From the IMG/VR virus record IMGVR_UViG_3300045988_106231, positions 70,775 to 134,774 of that record: 64,000 nucleotides of DNA; one strand, written 5' to 3'. The notes below the pieces were generated by a model. The model was not told the DNA's origin. It did no database searches and saw nothing but the letters and a program-made list of their open reading frames with translations. How positions within the stretch are numbered: position 1 is the first letter of the stretch; the number at the start of each line of letters is the position of its first letter. A program made the position numbers and the translations under genes. Shown in pieces: positions 45,086-54,854 of this stretch. Source of the DNA: a virus.

Positions 45086-45325
45086 ATGCTACTTTTAACA
45101 CAAGGCGGAGAAATTATAAATCTTGACCGCATGGCTATCATCGACATTTCAAGTTTTGATGTGTACGACACTTCAAATTTTAATGTGTACGCAAGACAAG
45201 ATATAAATGATAGAGGAATTCTTCTTGGCGGTTATGACTCCGAGAGTAGATGCCACGATGTCATTTCTGAGATTTACGAATCGTACTCGAAAGGTAGTCT
45301 GTCTTGTACAATTCCACAAAAGTAA
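45086..45325 (+). CDS. hypothetical protein, paralog family 2
   Basis: ATG 45086 after CCGGAGGA. Confidence 0.5.
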   Translation: MLLLTQGGEIINLDRMAIIDISSFDVYDTSNFNVYARQDINDRGILLGGYDSESRCHDVISEIYESYSKGSLSCTIPQK

Positions 45326-45336
45326 TGGAGAACAAA

Positions 45337-45732
45337 ATGAAAAAGTTTTATGCAGTAACTTCTTGTGATTGTTCTGAACATTTCATCATCACTATTACGG
45401 ACAACAAGGAAAACGCAGAGCGTATCGCTGCAGCCTATGATGCTTGTGTGGAGGAATACGAAGATAATATTATCGACCCAGTTGGTGTTTGGTGTGTTTT
45501 TTATAAAGAATATAAAGACGGAGAAACAAAGTGGAGCACGTTTTGTGAAAGACCAGAGTTTTATGGAGAAGATGATGTAGAGAAGTCTCCTTATGCAAGG
45601 AAAACAACAGTTTATGGAAAAGAATGTTTTGTCTGGTCTGCCTATGTTTTTGCTAAGGATAGAAACCATGCAATTAAAGCTGGTCAAGATCGATACGCCC
45701 AGTGGAAAGCAGAACAGGAAGGCATTGTATGA
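45337..45732 (+). CDS. hypothetical protein
   Basis: ATG 45337 after GGAGAAC. Confidence 0.5.
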   Translation: MKKFYAVTSCDCSEHFIITITDNKENAERIAAAYDACVEEYEDNIIDPVGVWCVFYKEYKDGETKWSTFCERPEFYGEDDVEKSPYARKTTVYGKECFVWSAYVFAKDRNHAIKAGQDRYAQWKAEQEGIV

Positions 45733-45968
45733 CAGACTTCCGAAAACTTGCCATTCCAAAACGTGAGCGGCTTGAAGTTCAGCTTATGGATGGCACAGAA
45801 GAACACAATATATTGTATATAATCGCATCTCTAGCCACTATTAAAGGTGCTGAGATTTTTAAAAATTTTCGTTTGTATTCTGTAGGCTCCGCCGGGGAGC
45901 TCAACTTATTAGAGAAGCGAGACGGCGATCCCTACTTTGATAAGCTGAAAGGAACAGAATATGAGTAA
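45729..45968 (+). CDS. hypothetical protein
   Basis: ATGA overlap. Confidence 0.45.
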   Translation: MTDFRKLAIPKRERLEVQLMDGTEEHNILYIIASLATIKGAEIFKNFRLYSVGSAGELNLLEKRDGDPYFDKLKGTEYE

Positions 45969-46308
45969 TTCGATGAATCGAGAAGACCGGCGCAGAGAGC
46001 AGCGTAAAGCACGAATCCTTGCCCGGAGAATCAAGAAGGCTGGTGGCCCTGACTTTCTGGCTGGAATGCCAGTAGAGGAATGGGAACCAAAGATTGGTGA
46101 TGAGGTCACCATTAAGGTAAAGAGGATTCAGGGTAAGAAGGATTTCTTCAAGATGAGTCCGCAGTATCAGGATTTCATCAATAGCCTTGAAGACGGAAAG
46201 CCTTATAAGATTACTAGCACCGGCATGAAGGGTCAGGTCTACGGCATTGACGCACATCCTTATTTCCAGATTTGGAAGGGTGATATGGAGCCCTATAAGG
46301 AGTCCTAA
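45961..46308 (+). CDS. hypothetical protein with basic N-terminus
   Basis: 115 aa. Confidence 0.5.
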   Translation: MSNSMNREDRRREQRKARILARRIKKAGGPDFLAGMPVEEWEPKIGDEVTIKVKRIQGKKDFFKMSPQYQDFINSLEDGKPYKITSTGMKGQVYGIDAHPYFQIWKGDMEPYKES

Positions 46309-46556
46309 TGAGGATGTACTTCAGGACGGATTATAAAGAGTGGGGCCCGGCAGAAGCCACTTTGCAGAAAGGGCACTGGTATAAGGTTCTTTGTGATGCT
46401 GGCGACTTCTACATAATTGACAACAGACCGGAAAGTAACAAGTGCGGCCTGCGACTAGGAGAAATATCGTTTGTTGATAAAGAAGATCTCGAAGATGACG
46501 TCTATGTCGTGACCGGAAAGAGTGAAGAATTTGAGGAAGGAGGTGGGGCGATATGA
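46308..46556 (+). CDS. hypothetical protein
   Basis: TAATG overlap. Confidence 0.5.
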   Translation: MRMYFRTDYKEWGPAEATLQKGHWYKVLCDAGDFYIIDNRPESNKCGLRLGEISFVDKEDLEDDVYVVTGKSEEFEEGGGAI

Positions 46557-46756
46557 TTGGTATTGACCATCGTGAGCAGGGTCGTAAGGAACGAGCCCTT
46601 GCAGAGTACTATAGAACCTTAGCTCGATATCCTGTCGAGTGTGGAGAGCCGATTACATATCAGTTATCGGAAGAGCAGCTTAAACAGGTTCTCTGTGGAG
46701 AGGTTACCGTGGATGAGTTGATTGAAAGAGGTGAGGTAAATGAGAGACAGGATTAA
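46553..46756 (+). CDS. hypothetical protein
   Basis: ATGA overlap; GGAGGTGGGG RBS. Confidence 0.5.
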   Translation: MIGIDHREQGRKERALAEYYRTLARYPVECGEPITYQLSEEQLKQVLCGEVTVDELIERGEVNERQD

Positions 46757-46757
46757 G

Positions 46758-46904
46758 ATGTGGATCTCTTTTATTAAGATTTTCAAGGATTATTTTATTG
46801 CGGTCGGAATCATGATTGCGTTGTGGCTGCTGTCTTGCCTTATCAAATATGGAATTTCAGTATCCAGCTTTCCGGATTGGTTTAAGTTTGCACTTCTAAA
46901 ATAA
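46758..46904 (+). CDS. small hydrophobic membrane peptide (not in ORF track; alternative start 46740)
   Basis: GAGGTGAGG RBS; predicted TM helix. Confidence 0.35.
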   Translation: MWISFIKIFKDYFIAVGIMIALWLLSCLIKYGISVSSFPDWFKFALLK

Positions 46905-46915
46905 AGGAGAATTAA

Positions 46916-47140
46916 ATGGTAACCGATATTCTCAATAGAGAGATTCATGTTGGCGATACAGTTCTTAGAGCTAGAACTCGAAAAGGTCGAGGAGTTCTTT
47001 GGAGTATTCATAAAGTTGTCGCCATTATGAACGTAATGATTAAAGTTCAAGATGGAAAGTACACTTTAAATGTTGCACCTAAAAATTGCATTGTAATTGG
47101 TAAGAACGACATTCCTGAAAACTGGCAGGATGAATATTAA
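46916..47140 (+). CDS. hypothetical protein
   Basis: AAAGGAGAA RBS. Confidence 0.55.
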   Translation: MVTDILNREIHVGDTVLRARTRKGRGVLWSIHKVVAIMNVMIKVQDGKYTLNVAPKNCIVIGKNDIPENWQDEY

Positions 47141-47150
47141 GGAGAGTTAA

Positions 47151-47942
47151 ATGACTGTTGAACTGATTGCACATACTCCTGATCCTGAAAAGGTGGTAGC
47201 TGCCGCTGCAAAGCTGTGCTATTCCAATTCGAGTATTCAGGATTTGATGGATGGACTGACCGATGAGAAGGTCGATGAATTTTTGAATCGACTTTCTAGC
47301 CTTGGTCACGCCAGTCCTACTGAACATGTGACTTTTACTTTTGGAATCGAAAGTGTGAGCCGTTCTTTGCTTGCTCAGATAACCCGCCACCGCATTGCGT
47401 CATTTAGTGTGCAGAGTCAGCGCTATGTGCGAATGAATAATGCAGAAATCATCATTCCTGATGTTATTGATGAGGATAGCGAAGCACGAGAAGTGTTTGA
47501 ACAGGCAATTCAGACTGCTGAATATTCCTATAAGCACCTATGTCAGATTCTTGAGGACAAGATTACTGAGGAACTGATGGTTGCTGATTCTCGTTTGACT
47601 GAGAAAAAGGCACGCGCAAAAGCGTCCAAGATTGCAAACGAGAATGCACGTTCTGTTCTTCCAAATGCTTGTTCTACAAAGATGATTGTTACAATGAACG
47701 CTCGTTCGTTGAATAATTTCTTTAACCTGCGTTGTTGTGAGCGAGCGCAGCCGGAAATCAGGGAGCTTGCAACCGAGATGTTAAAGCTGGTTTATCCGAT
47801 TGCTCCTCATCTGTTTAAGTATGCTGGCCCCAACTGCTGTGGTAATGGTTGTACTGAAGGAATGATGTCTTGTGGTAAGTTCCACGAGATTCGTGATAAA
47901 TACGACAAACTGAAACAGGAGGCTTTAAATGGAAACACTTGA
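47151..47942 (+). CDS. thyX: flavin-dependent thymidylate synthase ThyX
   Basis: ThyX signature RHRIASFSVQSQRY (RHR..S....SQRY) present; AAGGAGAG RBS. Confidence 0.85.
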   Translation: MTVELIAHTPDPEKVVAAAAKLCYSNSSIQDLMDGLTDEKVDEFLNRLSSLGHASPTEHVTFTFGIESVSRSLLAQITRHRIASFSVQSQRYVRMNNAEIIIPDVIDEDSEAREVFEQAIQTAEYSYKHLCQILEDKITEELMVADSRLTEKKARAKASKIANENARSVLPNACSTKMIVTMNARSLNNFFNLRCCERAQPEIRELATEMLKLVYPIAPHLFKYAGPNCCGNGCTEGMMSCGKFHEIRDKYDKLKQEALNGNT

Positions 47943-48369
47943 TGACATCAAGAAAAATACAGACCATCCTTCCCACTACGGAGGCGCAGATAATCCGTAT
48001 GAAGCAATTAAGGTGCTTCATGAATGGGGATTGGACAAGGATGCTTATCTTTGGAACACTGGTAAGTATCTGAGCCGTGCAGGGCACAAGGATGGCAATT
48101 CTCTGCTTCAAGATTTAACGAAGGCACGTTGGTATTTGGACTATAAAATCCGACTTTTAGAGGAACAGCAGAAGATTGTTGAAAGCGTCGTAGATACGCT
48201 AAAGAAGATTCCTAACGAGGTAACTGACAAGCTGACTACGATGCCGGATTACATTCCTCGTCATGCAAAGCCTGACTATACGGATGATTTGGTTTTCTGT
48301 CCAGAGATTCATGCTCCAAACATTGAGACTGCCGTGGTTCCTGATTGTGCCGATGAAGTCAAATTCTAA
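47929..48369 (+). CDS. DUF3310-like hypothetical protein
   Basis: Pattern HPSHYGG...EAI...W...GKYLSRAGHKDG...DLTKARWYL resembles the DUF3310 consensus recalled from phage genomes. Confidence 0.4.
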   Translation: METLDDIKKNTDHPSHYGGADNPYEAIKVLHEWGLDKDAYLWNTGKYLSRAGHKDGNSLLQDLTKARWYLDYKIRLLEEQQKIVESVVDTLKKIPNEVTDKLTTMPDYIPRHAKPDYTDDLVFCPEIHAPNIETAVVPDCADEVKF

Positions 48370-48382
48370 GAGGTTTACATAT

Positions 48383-48472
48383 ATGAGATACAACTGGGAA
48401 GAACCATTTGCGGCATTCGCCCTGTTTGTTACAATGTTGTTTTTTGGCTTTGCCAAATTTGTTTTAAAATAA
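48383..48472 (+). CDS. possible 29-aa hydrophobic peptide
   Basis: AAGAGG RBS; very small. Confidence 0.25.
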   Translation: MRYNWEEPFAAFALFVTMLFFGFAKFVLK

Positions 48473-48488
48473 TCAAGGAGAAAAATAC

Positions 48489-50012
48489 ATGAATATGATG
48501 TTTATTGCAATTCCTGTCGTTATTGTCCTTCTGGTCGCCTTTGCATTTACTTGCTACAAGAAGGCTCCTCCTACTCAGGCAATTGTCGTAACAGGTTTTG
48601 GACTGTCTAAGCCAAAAGTTATCTGTGGTCGTGGCGTGTTCGTTCTTCCGGTTATTCAGCGAGCTGACCGTCTAAATATGCGACTGCTCAAGATTGATGT
48701 CAAGACTCCTGAAACTGGTGTCAAGACTAAAGAGGGCGTTTCTCTGTGGCTGGACTCTGTTGTTACTGTTCAGGTTTACTCTGAAAACTCTACTGTAACT
48801 GATGATGAGATTAAGAGCGCCGGTTGCGGGGATGCAAAGACTTACATTAGTGCTCGTCAGCAGGCTGCTATTTCCAACTTCCTTGGCATGAGTGAAGATG
48901 GCATTAACGAGAAGATTAACGATGTCCTTCAGGGCAATCTGCGAGAGATTGTTTCTGAGATGACTGTCAACGATATCCTGACCAATCGTAAACAGATGGC
49001 AATTTCCGTTGTTGAGAATGCTCGTCCTGATCTAGCAAAGATGGGTCTGGAAGTTGTTACTTTCAATGTTCAGGATATCAAGGATGCTATTGATGCTCAG
49101 GGTCACAACCACGGCGTCATCGAGGCCATCGGCGTTCAGCAGGAAGAGCTTGTGAAGAAGCAGGCAGAGATTGCTAAGGCCGAAGCCGCTCGTGATATTG
49201 CTCGTGCTAAGGCAGATACTGCTCGTGAATCAAATGAAAAGGAAATTGAATCTAAGACTGCTATTGCACAGCGTAACAATGAGTATCTTCTGACTCAGGC
49301 TGCTCTGAAGGCAGAGGCTGATAAGGCAAATGCTGATGCAGAAGCTGCTGGTGAGATCCAAATGAATCTGCGTGATAAGGAAATCAAGGAAGCTGAGGCT
49401 GACGCAGCTATTGCGAAGCAGAAGAAGATGGTTGAATTGGCCGCCCAGGAAGCAGAAGTTCGTCAGCAGAAGCTGGATGCAGAGATTCGTAAGCAGGCAG
49501 ATGCTGACCTGTATAAGCGTCAGAAAGAAGCTGAAGCAAAAAAGTACGAGGCAGAGCGTTTTGCAGAATCTGCGAAGTTTGCTAAGGAGCAGGAAGCTGA
49601 AGGTATTCGTATGGTTGGTATGGCCGAGGCAGATGCTATCAAGCAGAAAGGTCTTGCTGAGGCAGAAGCTATGCTGAAGAAGGCTGAGGCTTACAAACAG
49701 TATAACGGTGCTGCAATGGGCGAGATGATCATTAAAATTCTGCCTAGTATCGCAGAACAGGTTGCAAAGCCTCTGGCATCTATTGATAAGGTTTCCATTA
49801 TCGGCGGTAACGCAAATGGCGTTTCTGAGATTTCTGGGAATGTCCCGGCGGTCATGGCACAGACTTTTGAGGCTGTTAAGGAAGCCACTGGCATTGATAT
49901 GCGAGAGATTGTACGTGCCAACAGTTACGATGCCAAGGTTACTAAGAATGTAAATCTTGTAAGTGATTCTACTATCACTTCCGAGAATAACAACGCACAG
50001 AACGTTGAGTAA
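48489..50012 (+). CDS. SPFH/band-7 family protein, flotillin-like (N-terminal TM, long Ala/Glu-rich coiled coil)
   Basis: N-terminal TM helix then an SPFH-like core (QAIVVTGFG...RGVFVLPVIQRADRLNMRLLKIDV) and a ~250-aa AEAEA-rich coiled coil. Confidence 0.65.
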   Translation: MNMMFIAIPVVIVLLVAFAFTCYKKAPPTQAIVVTGFGLSKPKVICGRGVFVLPVIQRADRLNMRLLKIDVKTPETGVKTKEGVSLWLDSVVTVQVYSENSTVTDDEIKSAGCGDAKTYISARQQAAISNFLGMSEDGINEKINDVLQGNLREIVSEMTVNDILTNRKQMAISVVENARPDLAKMGLEVVTFNVQDIKDAIDAQGHNHGVIEAIGVQQEELVKKQAEIAKAEAARDIARAKADTARESNEKEIESKTAIAQRNNEYLLTQAALKAEADKANADAEAAGEIQMNLRDKEIKEAEADAAIAKQKKMVELAAQEAEVRQQKLDAEIRKQADADLYKRQKEAEAKKYEAERFAESAKFAKEQEAEGIRMVGMAEADAIKQKGLAEAEAMLKKAEAYKQYNGAAMGEMIIKILPSIAEQVAKPLASIDKVSIIGGNANGVSEISGNVPAVMAQTFEAVKEATGIDMREIVRANSYDAKVTKNVNLVSDSTITSENNNAQNVE

Positions 50013-50024
50013 AGGAGGAATCAC

Positions 50025-52226
50025 ATGGATTATGTGATTAAACGAAACGGAACGAAAGTTCCTTTTGACAAAAGTAAGATTGTAAATGCGATTGAGAAGG
50101 CGATGACCTGTACGCCGGGTGGTATCGACGCTCGTGTGTCGAATGCGATTGCTGACTATATCGCAGACATGCCGGACATTCTTTCTGTTGAGCAGATTCA
50201 GGATATCGTAGTGAACAGTCTAGCAAATAGCCCGTTCATCGATGTTGCAGATGCATATAGTCAGTGGCGACAGTATCGTCAGGAAATTCGAGATAAAGAG
50301 AAAACCAACGCAAGTATTCTTGAAATTCTTGATGCCCAGAACGACGCAATCAATCAGGAAAATAGTAATAAGAACGCAACCATCAATAGCACGCAACGTG
50401 ATTACATGGCCGGAGAGGTATCTAAGGAACTAACTGACAGACTTCTACTTCCAAAGGATATCCGAGATGCACACAAAAATGGTTTAATTCATGTGCATGA
50501 TAAAGATTATTTTGTGATGCACTGCCATAATTGCGATCTGGTCAATCTGGAAGATATGCTCCAGAACGGCACTGTCATCTCCGGCACCTATATCGAAAAG
50601 CCCCACAGCTTTTCCACGGCCTGCAATATTGCGACCCAGATCATCGCACAGGTGGCTTCGATGCAATTTGGAGGTCAGAGTATTACACTTTCACATCTGG
50701 CTCCATTCGTGGATGTTTCCCGCAAGAAGATTACAAGTGAAGTACACCAAGAATTTTACGAGATGGTTCAGAATAATGAAATCGATAAGATGCCGGAGTC
50801 TGAAACTATCAATCGAATTGTAGAAGAGCGTTTACATAAAGAAATTGCTCGTGGCGTGCAGACCATCCAGTATCAGGTCGTCACTTTGATGACCACCAAT
50901 GGTCAGGCCCCCTTTATCACCGTGTTCATGTATCTCGATGAAGTTCCAGAAGGTCAGACTCGTGATGATTTAGCTCTAATTGTTGAAGATGTGTTAAAAC
51001 AGCGCATTCAGGGTGTAAAGAATGAAGTTGGTGTATGGGTTACTCCGGCCTTCCCAAAGCTCATTTATGCTCTTGATGAGGATAACATTCATCCTGATTC
51101 TAAGTATTATTACCTGACTGAGCTGGCGGCTAAGTGTACTGCCAAGCGAATGGTTCCTGATTATATTTCCGCAAAGGTTATGAAGGAGCTTAAAGGCGGT
51201 GTGTGGCCTAGCATGGGCTGTAGATCCTTCCTTACTCCTGACCGCACCACTGAGAACGTAGCTAATGCCAAGAATTGGGTTAAGGGGCATAAGTATTATG
51301 GCCGCTTTAACCAGGGTGTGGTAACTATCAATCTGGTAGATGTGGCTTGCAGTTCAAAAAGGGACAAAGATAAATTCTGGAAAATCTTCGATGAACGACT
51401 CGAATTGTGTCATCGAGCTCTACAGATTCGTCACAAGCGTCTACTCGGCACTCCTTCTGATATGGCCCCTATCCTGTGGCAGTACGGTGCATTAGCTCGT
51501 CTAAAGAAGGGCGAGAAGATCGACAAGTTGCTCTTCGGCGGCTATTCCACCATCAGCCTGGGCTATGCCGGTCTGTATGAGTGTGTAAAGTATATGACCG
51601 GCAAGAGCCACACCGATCCTGATGCTAAACCTTTCGCTCTCGAAATTATGCAGCACATGAATGATAAGTGTAACGAGTGGAAGGCCGCTGAAAACATCGA
51701 TTACTCCCTGTATGGTACTCCTTTGGAGTCCACTACATATGAATTTGCACGTTGCTTGCAGAAGCGGTTCGGTATGATTCCAGATGTTACTGACCATGAC
51801 TACGTAACAAATTCTTATCATGTCGTTGTCCGTGAACATATCGATGCTTTCACTAAGCTAAAGTTTGAGAGCGAGTTCCAGAAGCTTTCTCCCGGAGGAG
51901 CGATTAGCTATATCGAGGTGCCAAATCTGCAGCAGAACATTCCTGCGGTGCTTAGTGTTATGCAGTTTATTTACGACAACATCATGTATGCGGAGCTGAA
52001 CACCAAGTCCGACTACTGCCAGTGCTGTGGTTACGACGGCGAAATTAAAATTGTAGAAGATGAGAAAAACCACAAGCTTGTATGGGAGTGCCCGAATTGT
52101 GGTAATCGTGACCAGAACAAAATGAATGTCGTAAGACGTACCTGCGGTTACCTGGGAACCAATTTTTGGAATCAGGGGCGCACTCAGGAAATTCGAGATC
52201 GAGTAGTTCATCTGAGCGACAACTAA
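50025..52226 (+). CDS. nrdD: anaerobic ribonucleoside-triphosphate reductase NrdD (class III)
   Basis: C-terminal Zn-ribbon CQCCG...CPNCGN followed by glycyl-radical motif RRTCGYLG; 733 aa. Confidence 0.85.
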   Translation: MDYVIKRNGTKVPFDKSKIVNAIEKAMTCTPGGIDARVSNAIADYIADMPDILSVEQIQDIVVNSLANSPFIDVADAYSQWRQYRQEIRDKEKTNASILEILDAQNDAINQENSNKNATINSTQRDYMAGEVSKELTDRLLLPKDIRDAHKNGLIHVHDKDYFVMHCHNCDLVNLEDMLQNGTVISGTYIEKPHSFSTACNIATQIIAQVASMQFGGQSITLSHLAPFVDVSRKKITSEVHQEFYEMVQNNEIDKMPESETINRIVEERLHKEIARGVQTIQYQVVTLMTTNGQAPFITVFMYLDEVPEGQTRDDLALIVEDVLKQRIQGVKNEVGVWVTPAFPKLIYALDEDNIHPDSKYYYLTELAAKCTAKRMVPDYISAKVMKELKGGVWPSMGCRSFLTPDRTTENVANAKNWVKGHKYYGRFNQGVVTINLVDVACSSKRDKDKFWKIFDERLELCHRALQIRHKRLLGTPSDMAPILWQYGALARLKKGEKIDKLLFGGYSTISLGYAGLYECVKYMTGKSHTDPDAKPFALEIMQHMNDKCNEWKAAENIDYSLYGTPLESTTYEFARCLQKRFGMIPDVTDHDYVTNSYHVVVREHIDAFTKLKFESEFQKLSPGGAISYIEVPNLQQNIPAVLSVMQFIYDNIMYAELNTKSDYCQCCGYDGEIKIVEDEKNHKLVWECPNCGNRDQNKMNVVRRTCGYLGTNFWNQGRTQEIRDRVVHLSDN

Positions 52227-52336
52227 ATAAAGTATAAGACGGGATAGTAAAATGCGAGAAATCGTGATTTTCTTTTTGATTGTGTGGGCGATTTCCTACT
52301 ACATCTTAAAAGACAATTTTAAATAAGGAGAACTAT

Positions 52337-53188
52337 ATGAAAAAGTTTGGAGCCATTATTGGTGCGTTTATTATGGCAGTATGTGTATTGCTGTGTACTG
52401 AGCGGGTACATACCGGTTATGTAGGTGTTGTATATTCTGCTAAGGGTGTTGAACAGCAGACTATTTCTCAGGGCTGGCACTTTATGAGCCCATTGAAGCA
52501 TGTGTCTGAGTTCCCGATCACTCAGCAGCGTGTGGTATTCTCTAATGCAGCATCTGATTACGGTGCAAAGGAGCACGCAGACTGGCATATTGACGCTCCT
52601 GCAAATGGCGGTACGATTGCAATCAATCTGACTGTAAACTATAATTTCCTGCCTGAGCATGTCGTTGAGCTGTATACCAAGTTTGGTGGCATGGATGGCG
52701 AGAGCCTTATGGAGAGCAAGATTCAGAATGACATTATTGCTTATGTCAAGGAAGTGACTCCTCAGTTTAGTGTCATGCAGATTTACTCTGATGATCGAGC
52801 AGGTGTGAATACTGCAATTACCAATTACCTGAATGAGAAGCTGACCGCCGAATACGGTATCAATGTCTCTTCCGCTCTGATTGTTGATGCACAGCCGGAT
52901 GATACCCTGATGCAGAAGATTCGTGCCAAGGAGCAGGCCAAGCAGGACGCAGAGATTGCTGAGTTGAATAAGCAGACCGCTCTGGCTCAGGCCGAAACTG
53001 ATAAGGTCAAGGCTCAGACGGAAGCTGACGTTAAGATGATTGAGGCACAGGCTGAGGCTGATGCAAATAAGGTACTTTCCGAGTCCATCACTCCTGAACT
53101 AATTCAGATGAAGGAAGCAGAGGCACGTTTGAAGCATGGCTGGGTAACTGTACAGGGTGCTGACACCGTTGTAACTAAGGGTGAGTAA
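52337..53188 (+). CDS. SPFH/band-7 family membrane protein (HflK/C-like)
   Basis: N-terminal TM helix; SPFH-type core (GYVGVVYSAKGVEQQTISQGWHFMSPL...); C-terminal AQAE coiled coil. Confidence 0.6.
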   Translation: MKKFGAIIGAFIMAVCVLLCTERVHTGYVGVVYSAKGVEQQTISQGWHFMSPLKHVSEFPITQQRVVFSNAASDYGAKEHADWHIDAPANGGTIAINLTVNYNFLPEHVVELYTKFGGMDGESLMESKIQNDIIAYVKEVTPQFSVMQIYSDDRAGVNTAITNYLNEKLTAEYGINVSSALIVDAQPDDTLMQKIRAKEQAKQDAEIAELNKQTALAQAETDKVKAQTEADVKMIEAQAEADANKVLSESITPELIQMKEAEARLKHGWVTVQGADTVVTKGE

Positions 53189-53238
53189 GTAGCATCTTAT
53201 TGATGGAATAAAAGCAGGGTGGGTTGGTGGGATTAAAT

Positions 53239-53715
53239 ATGGACAGACTTAGTAAGAAGCTGCAAGAAGAAAAGAAGAAAGAAACCAAGGTCACAAAATA
53301 CTATCATTACAAGGACATGAACATTAAAACACCTTATTGGTTTCTGTATCCGATTCTTATCATTATCTACTGGCTTGAGAGACTCTTTGTTGTCGCAGAG
53401 AGGTTCCGTCGCAAGAAGTTGAATAAGTGGAGCGATAAGCGAACTGACCGTATCCTAAGATATGCGTTTCCAAAAGTGTGCAGCGTGTGTACTTTGGACA
53501 ATAGTTTTTATCTTACTTGCCGTGATAATGCATATCTTCTTCATTGGTCGGAATGGAGTAGACCATGGGACTGGTATTATTGCGATTTACACAACCTTGA
53601 AATTCTAAATTATCTTGCGTGGAATTTTGAAATGCCCGGATATGTGAAAACAACAAAGGAAGAAGATGATTATCCAGATAACTGGATTACGGTTATATTC
53701 AAAAAGGAGACTTGA
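53239..53715 (+). CDS. hypothetical membrane protein with Cys/Trp-rich C-terminal region
   Basis: TM helix YWFLYPILIIIYWL; ATG 53239. Confidence 0.5.
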   Translation: MDRLSKKLQEEKKKETKVTKYYHYKDMNIKTPYWFLYPILIIIYWLERLFVVAERFRRKKLNKWSDKRTDRILRYAFPKVCSVCTLDNSFYLTCRDNAYLLHWSEWSRPWDWYYCDLHNLEILNYLAWNFEMPGYVKTTKEEDDYPDNWITVIFKKET

Positions 53716-53987
53716 TTATGATTATTACAGGTATGGCTCACTTCGAAAGTGTTTGTAAGAATGCTCTTGTCAAGTGGTACTATGAGCATACGTCCGATGA
53801 AATTACGCTGGAAAACGTTTTTGTGGTCTGGAGCTGCAAAACTCTCCAGAACTATAAGGCTCTGCTGTCCACCACCATTAGCGGTGACGGCATCTATGCA
53901 GAGTATACCTACAACGGCGACAAGCAGGAGCTTTACGAGGATGTATATGAAAAGCTGACTAATCAGTGCATCAAAGAGGAGCTATAA
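53712..53987 (+). CDS. hypothetical protein
   Basis: ATGA overlap, 91 aa. Confidence 0.5.
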   Translation: MIMIITGMAHFESVCKNALVKWYYEHTSDEITLENVFVVWSCKTLQNYKALLSTTISGDGIYAEYTYNGDKQELYEDVYEKLTNQCIKEEL

Positions 53988-54016
53988 AATGAAAATTTTT
54001 GAAAGAAGGTGATTGG

Positions 54017-54172
54017 ATGATTGCTAAACTTTTGAAACGTCTACTCCATTGGTTCCTTCCCGAATGCAGTAGCTGTGGCGGTGTTATGCTTTACGATAAC
54101 ACTCATAGCTGGCATGATAAATGGCACTTTGTATGTGATACATGTGGTAGAGAAAAGTGGGGTGCTTTATGA
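54017..54172 (+). CDS. zinc-ribbon small protein (51 aa, not in ORF track)
   Basis: CSSCGG...CDTCG; AAGGTGA RBS. Confidence 0.4.
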   Translation: MIAKLLKRLLHWFLPECSSCGGVMLYDNTHSWHDKWHFVCDTCGREKWGAL

Positions 54173-54420
54173 GTGTTGAGTCAAAATGTCACTTCAATAT
54201 TGAGCCTCTGCTTAACCCATCATATAAGGAAGTGCTCATTATCGAAACCGACAATTGGGCATCTTGTGAGATTGTAAATAAAAACACTTATTATGAAGTG
54301 GAAAGTACAATAAGGTACGAATACCGCAATAATGAACCAAATGAAACAAAATATCTTGAGGCAAAAAAGATAAATGGAATTCCGTTGAGAAATCTTTGGA
54401 TAGAAATTCATTCACGATAA
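54169..54420 (+). CDS. hypothetical protein
   Basis: ATGA overlap. Confidence 0.45.
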   Translation: MSVESKCHFNIEPLLNPSYKEVLIIETDNWASCEIVNKNTYYEVESTIRYEYRNNEPNETKYLEAKKINGIPLRNLWIEIHSR

Positions 54421-54445
54421 AAGTGCCGTTCTAGGAGGCGACTGT

Positions 54446-54700
54446 ATGGAAAAGAAATATGTGAAAATCTTTAAATGCCGTGGGTGTGGTCGCGATGTCA
54501 TTAAAAATGATGTAGACCTATCTGCTACTGAACAATGGAGTCTTTCTGGAGTATTTGAAGACAAATATAAAGTGGCAGAAGTGTCTGGCGGTTCTAGGCT
54601 TTCTGGACAGAACAAATTCCTGCTTCATCGGTGTGATCCGGAGAAGCTTTGTATTTGTGATTTCATTGGATGGAAAGAAATCGAGGCTAAAAATGATTAA
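54446..54700 (+). CDS. zinc-finger small protein (CRGCG...HRCD...CIC)
   Basis: TAGGAGG RBS. Confidence 0.5.
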   Translation: MEKKYVKIFKCRGCGRDVIKNDVDLSATEQWSLSGVFEDKYKVAEVSGGSRLSGQNKFLLHRCDPEKLCICDFIGWKEIEAKND

Positions 54701-54854
54701 CGATCCTTTTGCAGAAGATGGCATCATTTCCTGCCAGTGCTGTGGCAGTGGTGAATATCTCTTTAATGAAGATGGTAACCATAATGGTTACTGTGGTAAC
54801 TGCGGAGCTAGAATCGACTGGCCGGAGGACAACGATGAAGAAAGTAACACTTGA
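54693..54854 (+). CDS. zinc-ribbon small protein (CQCCGSG...CGNCG)
   Basis: Start ATG 54693 overlapping previous stop. Confidence 0.45.
   Translation: MINDPFAEDGIISCQCCGSGEYLFNEDGNHNGYCGNCGARIDWPEDNDEESNT

Noticed and set aside
52252-52326. 24-aa hydrophobic micro-ORF after nrdD
   Set aside because: Too short to support without expression data; no clear RBS.
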